Shown: positions 36,076-50,683 of the stretch, one piece after another
Position numbering within the stretch: the stretch's first letter is position 1
Layout: each line of letters opens with the position of its first letter
Source: Octopus sinensis
Lineage: Eukaryota
DNA length: 64,000 nt
Reading direction: 5' to 3'
Assembly (NCBI RefSeq): GCF_006345805.1
Contig: NC_042998.1
Span: forward strand, 42,718,001-42,782,000
The notes under the pieces: generated by a model
Told to the model about the DNA's origin: nothing
Seen by the model: the letters and a program-made list of their open reading frames with translations, nothing else
Database searches by the model: none
Translations under genes and position numbers: made by a program

Positions 36076-36681
36076 ATTGCCCTGATGCAGTACCAGGCAG
36101 TGGCTCTCATGGCTTCTGGTCTGAACTGATTGGAAGTGCTATTATGTTCGTTGTTTTGTCTTAGTATAAAAGATGGGCTACAGCAAATATTCTGCTCAAT
36201 TCTACAGAATTGCTTGTCCGTTGTTAGACCATAACCAGTTGAGCATGTCCTTTGGTGGCTGACAATAAGTGCATCTCTGATCATGAGCAGAAGTAGTCAG
36301 GGAGCATCATAGCCATGTGTTGAGAGGAATTTTTTGGAGCTTGCGTAATTCACCTCTGGAAACAGGGATGTTTTGTTCACATTCTTAAACAACCTTTATT
36401 CAAGGACCATTTGAGTGGGATGGGCTACTTGACCTGAAGAAAATTCTATCTGCCCTCCCCCCACCTGCAAGGTGATGTGCTGTTTATCTTGATATGAGAT
36501 CGCCATGTTGTGTGCACATATGGTTGAGATCCTTGTGCCTGGTGCACCCTTATCAGACAAGTAGTCATGATGGATTTACTGGGTTTTGTATATTTTACTC
36601 CAGTGTTACTTTGGTGGCATGCACTGCTCTCTCACTCAATAATAATAATGATGATGATGATAATGATAATAATAATAATAG

Positions 36682-37105
36682 TTTGTAAGAAAGTGTGGCA
36701 TTGGCAATTGTGTGAAAAGTGTGGGTTAAAGAGAGAGGCAAGAAATGGTATGAAAACAAACCACTGAAACAGTAACTGGGTTGAAGGCTTGCAAAATCCT
36801 GTGGGATATCCCAGTCCAAATTGAACAGGTGCTTGTGCACAACAAGCCAGACCAAATGGTTGTGGACAAGGCAAGCCACATGTGCATTATAATTAATGTT
36901 GCATGCCCATGTGACCCGTTTTTAGTTCAGAAGGAAGGTGAAATAATCCTCTTTAATACAAGCTAGTCTGAAAGAGGAAAATGAAAAAGGTGAAGATAGT
37001 GCCCAACTACTGTTGGGGCCTTGAGGACAGTATCAAAAGATATTGAGAAGAATATAAAAGAAATAGGAATAGAGTGCCCAGTGGAGCTGTTGTTAAAAGT
37101 TTGAA
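36682..37105 (+). mobile_element. R4/Dong-like restriction-like endonuclease domain relic
   Basis: HWQLCEKCGL / KKWYENKP / KILWDIPVQ....HNKPD.MVVDK....C.IINVACP.D across frameshifts. Confidence 0.8.
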
Positions 37106-37389
37106 CCCTTAACATAAGTATTAGGAACAAATAGATTTAGTAGATGGAAACCGAAAGAAGCTTCAATCAAAACAGGGACCTGGAAATGCTGTTATAGATT
37201 ATGACTAACTGAAAACGATCACAGCCACATCATCCAAACAGACTGGGTGAAACCAGGCTTAGCTACTAGCATATGTATGTGTGTGTGTGCGTGAGTGTGT
37301 AAAAATAAAATACATATATCTATCTATCTATCAATATATATATGCATACACACATATATATTATATATATATATATATATACATAATAT

Positions 37390-37470
<81 letters not shown>

Positions 37471-37697
37471 GTGTGTATGTGTGTTGTTGTTGATGCCATA
37501 AGAAGTTTAAAAACATCAGGAGCACATATTATAATTCTTCTTTAAAATAATGAATCTCAAAGCAAATAAAGCAGCCTTCAACTTCTTCTGGTCAACCATA
37601 TATTTGCACACTGCTATTTATAGCTTTATGCACTTTGTGATTCACTGTTCCAAAAACGAATGTGTGCGTGTGTGTGTGGGTGGGTGGGTAGTGTGTG

Positions 37698-37762
<65 letters not shown>

Positions 37763-37774
37763 GGATAGATAGAC
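37698..37774. repeat. (TAGA)n microsatellite
   Basis: Direct reading. Confidence 0.95.
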
Positions 37775-38464
37775 AGTCAGATGGATAGCTAGCTAGCTAG
37801 ATAGTGTATGTATGTGTGTATGTACAAGTGTTAGTGTCTCCTTGTTTTGATGTTAGTTGTTAATGTGTGTCACCTTCATAAAAGCAATGCCTTTCACTTG
37901 CAATCATCTGTGAAAATATGGCTGATCATGGGAAAATATTACCAATATCTTTACTACCCACAAGGGGCTAAACACAGAGGGGACAAACAAGGACAGACAA
38001 ACGGATTAAGTCGATTATATCGACCCCAGTGCATAACTGGTACATATTTAATCGACCCCGAAAGGATGAAAGGCAAAGTCGACCTCGGCAGAATTTGAAC
38101 TCAGAAAGTAACAGCAGATGAAATACGGCTACGCATTTCGCCTGGCATGCTAACATTTCTGCCAGCTTGCCACCTTTTATGGGAAAATAATACCTTACTT
38201 GAAACAGGCAAGGGTTGGTACCTGGCATTAGAAATTCTGCCTTGATGAATTCTGTCCAATCCATGCAAGCATAGAAGAGTAGGTGTTACAATGCTGATGA
38301 TAATGATACATAGTTTAGACTGATCTTCTCTAGCACAAAGCCTCACCATTTGTTACAGTCTCTTCTGTTTCTTAAGATCAGCTTTCACTAGTTTTTAATA
38401 CAATTTCCTCTGCTACAGGCTCCTTCCACTTGGATTGCTTGGCACTTCACCCACTATGTAACAA

Positions 38465-38964
38465 ATGTATGAATGTATGTATGTATGTATGTATATATGT
38501 ATGTATGTATGTATGTATATATGTATGTATGTATGTATGTGTGTATTTATGTATGTGTGTATGCATGTATGTATGTATGTATGTATGTATGTTTGTATGC
38601 ATTTATGTATGTATGTATGCATGTATGTATGCATGTATGTATGTATATCTGCAGGTATGTATGCACATATATATGTATGTATATTTGTATATATGTATGC
38701 TTGTACATATGTGTATATATATATTTGTATGTATGTAAGTATGTGTGTATATTATGTATGTATATCTACCTTCACAAACATATACACAGACACAAACACA
38801 CATACACATATACATATATGCACATTTACACTCACACCACACACACCACACACACACACACTCTCTCTTTCACACACACACACACACCACAAACACACAC
38901 ACACACACTCACATATACACACTCACACACACACACTCTCACCACACACACACACACACACACA
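38465..38964. repeat. (ATGT)n followed by a (CA)n-rich compound microsatellite
   Basis: Direct reading; source of the MYVC/HT ORFs. Confidence 0.95.
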
Positions 38965-39696
38965 ATCTTTCCAGTGAGATGTAATTACATAAAAATAGTT
39001 ATACTTCACATTTCTTAACCTTTATTAAGAACTCAATGGTACATTATTGAATTCTCACAAAATTTAGCTTGCTGGAGAGATGACAGAGTTATCATCATCA
39101 TCATCCTCATCATCATCATCGTCATCATCGTCATCATCGTCGTCGTCGTCGTCATCATCATCATCATCATCATCATCATTGTCCTCAACATGATTTAATG
39201 GTCACTTTCCATGCTTCCATGGGTCAGACGGAGTTTTATTGAGGCAGATTTTTCTACAGTTGTGTGTTCTTCCTGTTGTCAACCTTCATCTGTTTCGAAG
39301 CAAGGTAACATTTTCCCCTTTTTCACAGAGGACTGGAAATGGTCAACCTCACTTGTATGACAACGACACTCATTTACAACCATTGTGTGATGTTTAGACA
39401 AAGGTACACATAACACACACATGCATACATATCCATGTATTATATATATATATATTCCTTTATTTTTATTCTTGTTTTAGTCATTTGACTGTAGCCATAC
39501 TGAAGCACCACTTTGAAGATTTTAGTCAAATAAATTGAGCCCAGGACTTATTTTTTAAGTCTAGTGCTTATTCTGTCTCTATTTTGTCAACTGCTAAGTT
39601 ATGGGGACATAAACACACCAACACCAGTTATCAAGCGGTAATGGGGGATAAATGCAGACACAAAGATACACACACATAGATATATACTTATATATG

Positions 39697-41064
39697 TTGG
39701 GTCATCACACAAATAATGTGGCTTTTTTATACTTTTATTTTTCAAAATTTAGATAAACAAAGTTCTTTTTTAATCTAAAATATACTCTCCTTCATTTTCT
39801 ACAATGCTCTTCCATCTATCCAGTAGACTTGCAAGGCCCCTTCTCTAAAATTCACTTGTCCATGACAGAAAATACTCCTCCAGTACTGTTCTGATCTTGT
39901 CTACAGAATTCAAATAATTTTGAAGACTGCACAATAAATGATAATCAGATGGGGCAATATGGTGGGTAGGGCATTTTCCCATTCAAACTGCTCCAGCCTT
40001 TGGAATGTCTTCCTTGCTATTTGTGGTTGAGCATTTTCCTGATTGAAGAACACCTTTCATCTTGAAAAACCAGAGATGGTCGTTTTCTTTCTAGCATTAA
40101 CTCAATTGCACACAGTAGATTTCCTTTGTTATCATTTGGTTTGGGTTTAATAGTAACTGGTGACAAAAAAGTGTCAAGTGCCAAAGACAGTGGGCAGAGA
40201 AAAGAGAAACACTGGCATCCCAGGCTAAAGAAGGTCTTCACCCACATAAGATGTTATCTGTTTGGTGGGATATGAAAGGTTCCACTTTGAACTTTTAAAC
40301 CCAAACCAAATGATAACAAAGTGGAACCTTTCATATCCCACCAAACAGATAACATCTTATGTGGGTGAAGACCTTCTTTAGCCTGGGATGCCAGTGTTTC
40401 TCTTTTCTCTGCCCACTGTCTTTGGCACTTGACACTTTTTTGTCACCAGTTACTATTCGGTCCAAAAAAGGTTCATTTGTGAGATGTGACAGCAAAGAAG
40501 AACACACATTCACTCTCTGTGTGCGATTAGACTTGGAAAGTATGTGAGGGACCCATTGACCCAATTTGCTGACTTTCTGATGGCATGCAGGTGTTGATGA
40601 ATGGTTGAATGACCACATCTAAGCTTCTCTGCTAGTTCCTCAACAGTTACGATGGGATTTTGTTCCACCAGGGTTTGCAGGACATCCTCGTCGAGCTCTA
40701 CAGATCTTCCAGGACAAGGCTCGTCTTCTAGGCTGTAGTTTCCAGCTTGAATTTCTGGAACCACTGTTGACACTGGCTTACACTTATTGTCTGATCCCCA
40801 TATACTGCATTAATATTCCTCGCACTTTACTTTGTGTTGTTGCCTTTATTGAACTCATAAAGTAAAATATGCCGAATATGCTCCCTTGTTATTTCCAGAA
40901 AAGAACTGTTAAAATAGAACTCTTCAAAATTTTCCCTAAGAATAAGCACAAGGTAAAATTACTACCTACTTTTATAGCAAGTTGATGCAGGTAGTTTATC
41001 CCATCCCACTCTGACTTTTAGTTCATGCATTTGAAAAAAACCGCATTATTTATGGGATGACCCA

Positions 41065-41065
<1 letters not shown>
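39697..41065 (-). mobile_element. Degenerate near-full-length mariner with an internal inverted duplication
   Basis: TIRs TTGGGTCATC(A/C)CA(C/T)AAATAATG. Minus-strand fragments SLEDEPCPGRSVELDEDVL..LVEQNP..TVEELA, KLGQWVPHIL, FLDRIVTGDKK. Confidence 0.9.
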
Positions 41066-41095
<30 letters not shown>

Positions 41096-42488
41096 TATAT
41101 ATACACACACACATGTATACACACAGATGTATGTATATATATATATATATCATCATCATCATCATCATCGTTTAACGTCCGTTCTCCATGCTAGCATGGG
41201 TTGGACGGTTTGACCGGGGATCTGGGAAGCCAGAAGGCTGCACCAGGCTCCAGTCTTATCTGGCAATGTTTCTACAGCTGGATGCCCTTCCTAACGCCAA
41301 CCACTCCGTGAGTGTAGTGGGTGCTTTTTACGTGCCACCTGCACAGGTGCAAGGCGAGGCTGGCAACGGCCACGGTTGGATTGGTGTATTTTATGTGCCA
41401 CTGGCACGGAAGCCAGTCGAGGCGGCGCTGGCATCGGCCACGAGTCGGATAGTGCTTTTTACGTACCACCAGACCAGGGATCCTGGCTGGTTCAATTCAC
41501 ATACACAACAGGCTTCTTTCATTTTCTGTCTACCAAATCTGCGCACAAGGCTTTGGTTGGCCCAAGGCTATAGTAGAAGACACTTACCCAAGGTGCCACA
41601 CAGTGAGACTGAACCCAAGACCTGATGTTTGCAATAAAAGCTTCTCAACCACACAGCCACAGCTGTGACTATATCCATGAAATAATCATATTCTCATTGC
41701 AGACCCAAATCAGAAATTACAATAGATCCAGTCATGAATACAAATCGTTTTAAATCAAAAAACTTGTAAAATCTTCTTTAATTATTCAACATAATTGATG
41801 TGAAAGAAATAATATTAAAAAAAAATTGAGAAAAAAACCAAATTTTTCTCAAATGGTAAAGTTTCTAGTGAACTAAATCTTTTGGATCCTGACTAAAATC
41901 ATTTTACTTAACTTTCTTAGATAATTAGTACCCGTTTGCAAATACTTTGTAAATGGTAGGAACGTCTCAATTTCCAATGCAGCATCTAAAGTATTCATAA
42001 AGTGTCAATTCTACAAATGTGACCATAGTTGATAGCTTACAGAGAGAAAAGTTGATGACATTTTAACATAGTTGCTTGGCTTGCCTTTCGTATGCTCCTG
42101 TTCAAATTTACCTGTTCTCTGTTATTTATAATTATAAAGATATAATACAGCAGTTTTAATATACATGTATATGTTTGTTTCACTTTACTGCAGACTTCCT
42201 GATCACACTATCATGATGGAATTGGTCAAGACAACCATATTTGATATTTCTACAATGGACCATATGATGGAATCTCCCATTGAAGATGATGTGTGACTGT
42301 TCAGTTTTTGCCAAACAACCTGTACAAATAATTTATTTATAGTGATCAAATGTATGTGCTCTACTTTAGCTCACTCCCTCCATAAAATGGATGTTGCCTG
42401 AACAGGTGCATGGTGTACCAGGAATCAGGTTTTGAAGTGATTGCAGAGCACATTCTAACCATTAGGCCATGCTTCCTCACTGATAATA

Positions 42489-43857
42489 TACAAGTACACA
42501 ATCTTTTATTCAAAATTCCAAAAATGCAATTTTTTTTCATAGAGCTTGTCAAACATGACCACATGAAACCTACACTACACTTACGCCACACTCCACATTT
42601 GGCACCAAATATGTCAGGGCATGAGCCACACTCAACCCATACTATTTGTATCTCAACAATCCTCCCAGTTAGATGTGTCTCTGCTGCTTGCTGATATATA
42701 TTTTTTTAATGATTTTTGTAACTTTGAGGACTGAAAATGTTTAAAAATGTTAAAAAGAGCTGCAGATTTCTGTATGGGTAACATCATCATCGTTTAACGT
42801 CCGTTTTCCATGCTAGCATAGGTTGGACGGTTCGACTGGGGTCTGGGAAGCCAAGAGGCTGCACCAGGCTCCAGTCTGATCTGGCAGTGTTTCTACAGCT
42901 GGATACCCTTCCTAATGCCAACCATTCCGTGAGTGTAGTGGATGCTTTTTACGTGCCACCAGCACAGGTGCCAGGGGAGGCTGGCAACAGCCATGATCAG
43001 TTGGTGCTTTTTACCAGTCGAGGCGGCACTGGCATCAGCCACATTCGGATGGTACTTTTTATGTGCCACTGGCACAGGTATCACAAAAAGAAATATCTGT
43101 CATTGTCAATAGCATAATAAGTAGATTTGCTGCAGAAGCTTGACCATAGTGTATCTCTACAGTGTCTAACAGAAGATTATAGTGTGAGAACTACCACAGC
43201 GTATGACATTAAGAAACAATGAGATAAGTTGGTAAAGTTGTAACTAATGAAAAATTGGAAAACATTGCAGAGGGCAAACAATGAAGATCTTGACTGTGTG
43301 TAGATTGAATTGGTTCAGTAGCAAAGAACTGAACATATGTCACTGTCTGGGGATTGATGGATATGAAATAAGCTAGAAAATACCTTGAAGAACTAAACAT
43401 TGAAGGTGGCAGGAAGTTGGCAGCAGAAATTTTAAGAAATGTCATAATGTAAAATGCCTGAAAATCTGTGGTGGAAAAGCATCTGCTGATTTGATGCAGC
43501 TGAAAGTTACACTGATAAATTTACCAAGATGGTATCTAATGAAAATGTTAATCCAAAACAAATTTACAATGCAGATTAAACAACTCCTTACTGTTGCTAT
43601 GATCCTAAAAAATATTAACAACGGTTGATGAAAATATCTCTATCGACTTGAAACTGAAGTTCAACCTTTGATTGAAATGCATACAAATTTGAATTTTGTT
43701 TTCAAAGTTGGGGCAGGGTTGACCTAAGCTATTCCTGGGAACCATGGCTCATGATAAAGGATATGTACTGTGCTGTGATTTCAAAAATATAGAAAAACAT
43801 TTGGAATTCTGAAATGTGTTTGGTTTCAAAGGTTTTAGATAAGAGATTGCACATGTG
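42489..43857 (+). mobile_element. Tigger/pogo (jerky-like) DNA transposon relic, interrupted by a family D repeat
   Basis: Degenerate TIRs. Fragments KKKYLSLSIA..VDLLQKLD...YSVRTTTAYDIKKQ (psq-type HTH), CLKICGGKASAD, and ENVNPKQIYNAD. Confidence 0.75.
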
Positions 43858-46800
43858 TTTTTGTTTCCCAGTAACTCACTATAATGACCTCATTACATTT
43901 ATGGGTCACCCAGAACAGTAAGCAACAACCTGCAGGATCTCTGAAAAACAAGTAAACTTAGAAATGCCTGGATGAACTACATAGACAATTTTGTTAGAAA
44001 TGTAATACAAATGAATTGCAAAGTTCAGTTTTTAGCAGTGTTACAATGTTAAGGGACAAAACAAAATAAGGATAAATGAAAGGCAAACTAACCCTTGCTG
44101 AAATATGTCAAAAAAAACAAACAAAACAAAGCATATGATGTAGTCAAAGGAAGCACCCATGACTGCTTTTAGGGACTTTGTAACTTGTGGGGAAAAGTGA
44201 TCTGCAGACTGCAGATCCCCAATATTTACAACAGTGTGCTTCACACACAATATTTCCAAGCAATGAATTAAGTTTAACAGGTGGGCCAGGTGGTAATATT
44301 AAACCAAGCAATGAATTAAGTTTCCTACCCAAGAATAAGTATGGTCCCTCTGACATATGATCCACGCAGTTTCCATCTATCAGATTTCGCTCACAAAGCT
44401 TTTATGTCCTTTGTCACAAAGGTTATGACAAAGGACACTTAATCAAGATACCATACAGAAGTGGTACTAGTGTATGAGTGATATTCATAAGGCGGTAAGG
44501 TGGCAGAAACATTAGCATGTCGGGCGAAATACTTAGCGGTATTTCGTCTCCCACTACATTCTGAGTTCAAATTCTGCCAAGGTCGACTTTGCCTTTCATC
44601 CTTTCGGGGTCGATAAATTAAGCACCAGTTGCATACAGGGGTCAATCTAATTGACTGGCCCACTCCCCAAAAATTTCGGGCCTTGTGCCTAGAGTAGAAA
44701 AGATTAATTTTGCCAATCCCAGAGAGATGAATGATAAAGTCAGCTTCCACTGGATTTGAAACTCTGAATATAGAGGGATAAACCTGGATATTATTCAAAC
44801 TATTTTTAGTGCTCTAACACTTCTGTCACTTTAGAAATATTAACTTCAATACATAATAAAGAAATACAAAGTTTTGAATGAATAATTTCTTGTGATTAAA
44901 AAGTTTATTTCTGACTACATTGTTTCATCAGTCTTGCTATACAGCACTTTGGGCAAGTGTCTTCTACAATAGCCCTAGGTTGACCAAAGTTTTGTAAATG
45001 GAGCTGATAGATGGAAACTGCAAAACAAGCCTGTCATATTATATATGTTTGTATGTGTGTGTGTGCATGTGCATGTGCATACAAGTGTGTTTGTCTATGT
45101 GCTTACTTACCACTTACTTATTTGAAAGTCACAGCCTTTGCATAGTGTTCTGTTGGCATTTCTCCTGTCAATAAAACACCTGCTCATTTTGTGCCTTTGA
45201 AGGCACATGGAATAAAATATCTCTTACTTGTAAAACAGGTAATGTTAATGTCAAGAACATCCGGCTGTAAAACAATACCTCAGTAATGTATTTATCTAAC
45301 CCATGTTAACATAGAAGAGCAGCCATAAATCACAATGAACAATTTGTATTGTTTTAATATATTGTGTTGTTTAAATATATCATTCTAATTGTCAAAAGAA
45401 TAACTCAGTTAATGATATCAACAATTATTTAAACTTTGTTAATTAGTCACTAAATACTTTACATGAATGAGAAGAGGTAAATGGCCTATGGCTAAAGGAT
45501 TGGACAACTATCTCCTGCATCAAGTATTTAAACATTACTAGCTTTTTGTTGTGTCTGGGTAAATCATTCTACAAAATTCACTTCCTTTAGTTGTCCTGAA
45601 TAGCATGTACTAGGCTTTATTGGGGTTATATTAACCTAAGATGGTGTTCTATCAAAGGGAGAGTTTATCTTGCTTTCAGTTCATGAGACTAAAACTAGAG
45701 TCAAGCACTATCCCAACAATCTATGTTGGATATTATACTTTAATGTATGTTTCATGCATGGATATTATACTTTAATACATTTATGATGATTTGATCTACA
45801 AAGAAATTATATTGAGACAACATCAGTCTATGTTATGATCAGTCACATGCACTATCAATCATTTTTAGTGTTGATAACTAAACTTGCCAAGATCCAGTCC
45901 TACTCTTACTGTCCAATTTTGCTTTTATGAACCACAACTAAGATTTTCTTAGAATATTAAAGCATATTTCTTTTTCAATGGTGCGATGATGCTAGGTATA
46001 GGGAAAGTGGAAGTTTGAATCAGTTCTACCTTAACTTATATAGGAAATAGTTAGTGTGTGTGTATGTGTGTGTGTGTGCGAGCACGCATGTGTGTGTGCA
46101 TGTGTGTGCACATGCATGTGCATGCAGAGGGGCAATGCCTAGTTTCTGAGTAAATTATCAAAATGGGTGCCTCTTTTTGTTGCTTAATGGTTTTGTGATG
46201 CCTGTTGGAGTTAGGTTGTTGTATAAGAAAATTAAAATCAATGCTTGCTTTATTTCTGATATTCTGATAATGTCAGATCATTGCTTCCTTAAAAATGAAT
46301 GTAATTACTTCTTAGATTAATGAATAATTTATAGATATTAGAATACCAATGTTACCAATTGTTATGAGTAATGTCTAGCAGGTCTCTACATCTTTACGGT
46401 TATTAATTGTTATGTTGCTTTCCTTTGAGAACTACTTCTCGGATTAGTTTTCTGATAAAAGACAGAGGAACATGAAGGAAAGAAGACAGGCGCTGGTTCA
46501 ATCAGTTATAAGAAAGCTTATGTGTGCAACAGAGATGTGTCATGGTTGTTATGTGTTTTTGATTGTTTTTTATATGTAGTTGGTTTCTTGAGAAATGGAA
46601 AATAGCTAATTACTTCAATTAGTTATTGTTTTTCTCCTTGACTATTTTTGATCAAGAACTAATCCGACTCTAGAGCTGGACAATTAAACTAATGGGCATC
46701 TCTAAAATTCTCCTCTAATGGTTAGTTGCTTTCAAAATGATTCCTATCCCCATCATGTGATGTAGTGTAATATTTTATTCATCTCTATGGAGACCAAACT

Positions 46801-48932
46801 CTAACAATATAGAACCAGAGGTTTTTGTAAAGGATATTTTGCTAGTAAGTGCGAGTGTGTGCGAGAAAAACGCTGCTATCATTGTACAGGTGAGTAGTTT
46901 TAATAAAATATAAGCAACTATTGTTATCAAAAATATATTGAAAAATGTGTGAAACTTACATTATTAAGTTAACCAAAATCATATTATAATCTTCAAACAA
47001 GAAATTAATGTTTAAAACTATAATCTTTACAGTTTCAGCAAGCAGTTCTTGTAAACTAAGAGATTATTCTTTAAAAATATTAAACTTACTTCAAGTACAA
47101 AGTACTTTTTTATATTCATTTGTAAAACTTTGTTAAAATCATGGAAGTTAATTTGAACAAGTTTGACAGGTTGCTATAAGAAAAACAATAATTATCATAA
47201 ATCTTAAAAAGTGATTTAATCTAATCTTATAGAATTTATAATTTCTTTTCAAGTAGTTTATGAATGAGGCCAATAGATAATGATATATATTATAAGCAAA
47301 TCAGCTTTGAAGTTACCTGTAAAATAAAAGATTTTGTTAAGTGATTTCATACTTTATAATTCTAAACTGTTTAAACAGAGTTTTACAAGCAATACCTTTC
47401 TTTAAACTATTCATAATTTATGATAATGTTTAAGATTTCTGTAAAAATAGATAACTTATAAAGTCTTTCCATAAGTCATCAGACTTCCAAATCATGTTCT
47501 ACTTATGAAATAATTCATTCTACTTACCTTAGTATATTCAGCTACAGATTAGACAGCAGCTTCTCTAAGTTGCTTATGATTGTCTAACCTCCCTTTCCCA
47601 GTAAAAATGAGTTTCTTTTCTATCTAACATTTCAGTAAATGGAGATAAGTACCATTCTATAGACTTTTGTAGTTTATAGAAGGATTCATCGTTTTGGTTT
47701 TTAAATTGTATAAAACCTATGTGCTATGTATTTCCTTTTCTTAAAAAAAGTACCTATTTTCTTTGACTGAAAAAGTATTTATTTTAAACAGTATTTATTT
47801 GATACTAAACCTTTGGAAGGTACATAAAAGGAAAATATTAATATGAGATTTATTTGCATTAGAAGTGCCAAAGTCCTAATGAAATGGAAGCAGAAGGCAT
47901 GACAAGACTAGATCTTTATTCCCCTCTCCATCAGCTCTTTGCCTGCAAACATTTTATTCATAACATATGATTAAACTTCCAGTTTACTGAGTACTACCAT
48001 AGTCTCAGAGTTTTATGAATCTCTCTATATAAATGATATCATTAAACTATCCTTCTTTTTTTCTACTGCTCTTTTATTCTAACACACTACTCAGTTCAAC
48101 ATTCTTTGTTGTTGCAAGCATTCAGGGCCACATTTCTTGTATGAAGGTAACTTTCTCCTTTCCTCCTAACAGTTTTGGAGGTTCTATTAAAATCCAGTTT
48201 TTCACTAATGATTCTTGCGAATGTGATGATCAAACATTTTGTATGTAAAATGTGAATCAAAACAACTAAAATATCGAAATGAGACAGTGTTATGGATTAG
48301 TTGGGCTCTGGAACAAGGAGTGGGAGTTGAACTGGAAACCAGAAATTAGCAGTGACTGGCTATAACTGCTGACAGAAGAATATTGTAGTTTAATATAGAA
48401 ATACCCAAGGAAAATTGGATACCACCTGATAACTTTTTCCTTCTGCCTGAAAGCTACAGTCATAAGCACTTGCAAACAGCTTGTTTGTGCAAGCACTGCC
48501 ATTTAAAGCTCCATATACTGGACAGCAGTAGGATGACTTGTTGTAGTAATCACAAGAGATTGTATAATGTTATGGGGCTTTCTCTCAACAGCTTTACTGT
48601 GCACCAGACCTTATCACTGGTGTGAATCCCCTCTCCTTATTGATAGGATCGTTTAACATTATCTTTATTTTTGTTTTGATGCAAGACCAGGAATAAATTT
48701 TACAAGAATGAACATAATCTAAATGGTGGTGCCCCAGCATGGCCACAGCTTGTGAGCTGAAAATAAATAAATAAAAAATAAAATAAAAGTGTAGGATTTA
48801 AATCCAGAATCTAGAGAGAAGAAATCAAATATTCTAAAGCAGCAGTTGCCAGCAATTTTTCCACAGACCAGAGGATCATGTGCATAACAAAACACTATAA
48901 GGTGCAAAATATATTAATTCAATTATTACCTG

Positions 48933-48980
<48 letters not shown>

Positions 48981-49964
48981 CATATATAATATATATATAT
49001 ATTATATATATATATAATGCAAAAACATCCTGCAGACTGCAAGTCTTTAAAACAGAAATAAAAAGGGTAAAGACACCCTTCAGTCTGAATGACCATGGGA
49101 TTGCTTCTAGATAGTTACCCTTCGAGGCCCAAGTCTGGTCAAGGTTATTTATGGAAGATCAGCAGTTGTCCATGCATACCAGCCTTGCCTCACCATGCCA
49201 CTGATATTATTCTAGAGAAGGGTAAATGCTGATACAGTAAATGCCAGTGATGTTGCAACTTATTTCTACAATTGAGTGAACTGGAGCAATGTGGAATAAA
49301 GTGTCTTGCTCAAGAACACAACTCACAGCGCAGTCCAGAAATCGAACTCATTACCTCGTGATTGTGAGCCTGACACTCTAATCACTGAGCCATGCACCTT
49401 CACCCACCAAAAAAAAATCAGAAATAAAATTGAAAAACTTATTCTTACAGAGTGGCCCAGTACCAAATGATTCACAGCCTGGTGCTTGGGGGATTCCTGC
49501 TCTACAAAAGCATTTTTAATGCTTATGTTTCTGCATTATTACATCAAAAGTTGTAAGCCTTGCAAAGTATCATTAGAATCAAATGTGGAGATCAGAATAG
49601 AAATGAAATATAATCTTCAATGTATTTCTAAAAACGCATTGTAGTCATGAGGGAATGTGTATTACTTGCACATAAGTATATGGAATGTGAGAAACAATTA
49701 CAGGTAATATTGTTAGAATGAATGCAAAGCAGACATAATCTGGAAACTTGTAACCTGTTTGTGGGGTACAGAGGCCAACACTGAATGTGTATGCTTTTAG
49801 TTTCAATTTGGATATTTAATTTCATTTCAAACTATTTGAACATCATTGTAAAAATTTATATTAAAAATTTTCGAATTCACCGCTGTATTCATAATCGTTA
49901 TTACTGTAACAACCACTACAACAATCACCACCCCCATTGTCACAACTACTACCATCGTCGTCAA

Positions 49965-49995
<31 letters not shown>

Positions 49996-50608
49996 TTCAT
50001 TATCATCATATTCCTCATGTTCATTATTATCATTGTTACTTTCATGATTGTTTTACAACACTGGCCTGGATTATACTGATTTGCCATTCTCCATCCAATA
50101 TCATACATCAACTCCTAACTCAACTTCATTTCCAATCTTTCTTCATTAATCTATGCAACAACCAACTAATAATAGATTTTAACGCAGTATGTATATGCAT
50201 TACTTATCCATATGACCATGTTTGTATCTCCAGCATTCTTAAGACAAAACTTTTTGTTTCTTCAACTGGGAAAATGTTCAATCCAATAACATGCATTCTG
50301 CTTTTTGTGGAGCTTTAATATCCCCAGATAGAGTCAAATCAAGCTTGTCATCAGACTTTGGTGCCTAAGAGTGCTTCAGAATTTTCCGGGTGAGCACTAA
50401 TTTGTAATAATGTTAAAGTGAAGTCACTAAAGTGGAGTAAATCTGAGGGTACACTAGTGAATAGTGAGGGACAGTGCTGCCCTTAGCAACGGGCATGTGT
50501 CAAATTAAATATGTCAAACTTCAAAAAGTAACAGACTGAGCACTTTAAATTCCAAGACTGATATCCTGTAATCTTTTCTTGAAGGTAATGTTTTAGTAAA
50601 TTAGATCA

Positions 50609-50683
<75 letters not shown>

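Noticed and set aside
38430-39018. Long MYVC/His-Thr ORFs; also poly-Ile, poly-His and Tyr-Ile ORFs at 35883, 49785 and 58991
   Set aside because: Stop-free frames of simple repeats.
44256-44323. 20-bp direct repeat CCAAGCAATGAATTAAGTTT with a short spacer
   Set aside because: Only two copies; consistent with a small repair-associated duplication.
50476-50490. RFX X-box-like motif GCTGCCCTTAGCAAC 4 kb upstream of the GPCR
   Set aside because: A single imperfect match in 64 kb with no TSS information could be chance.
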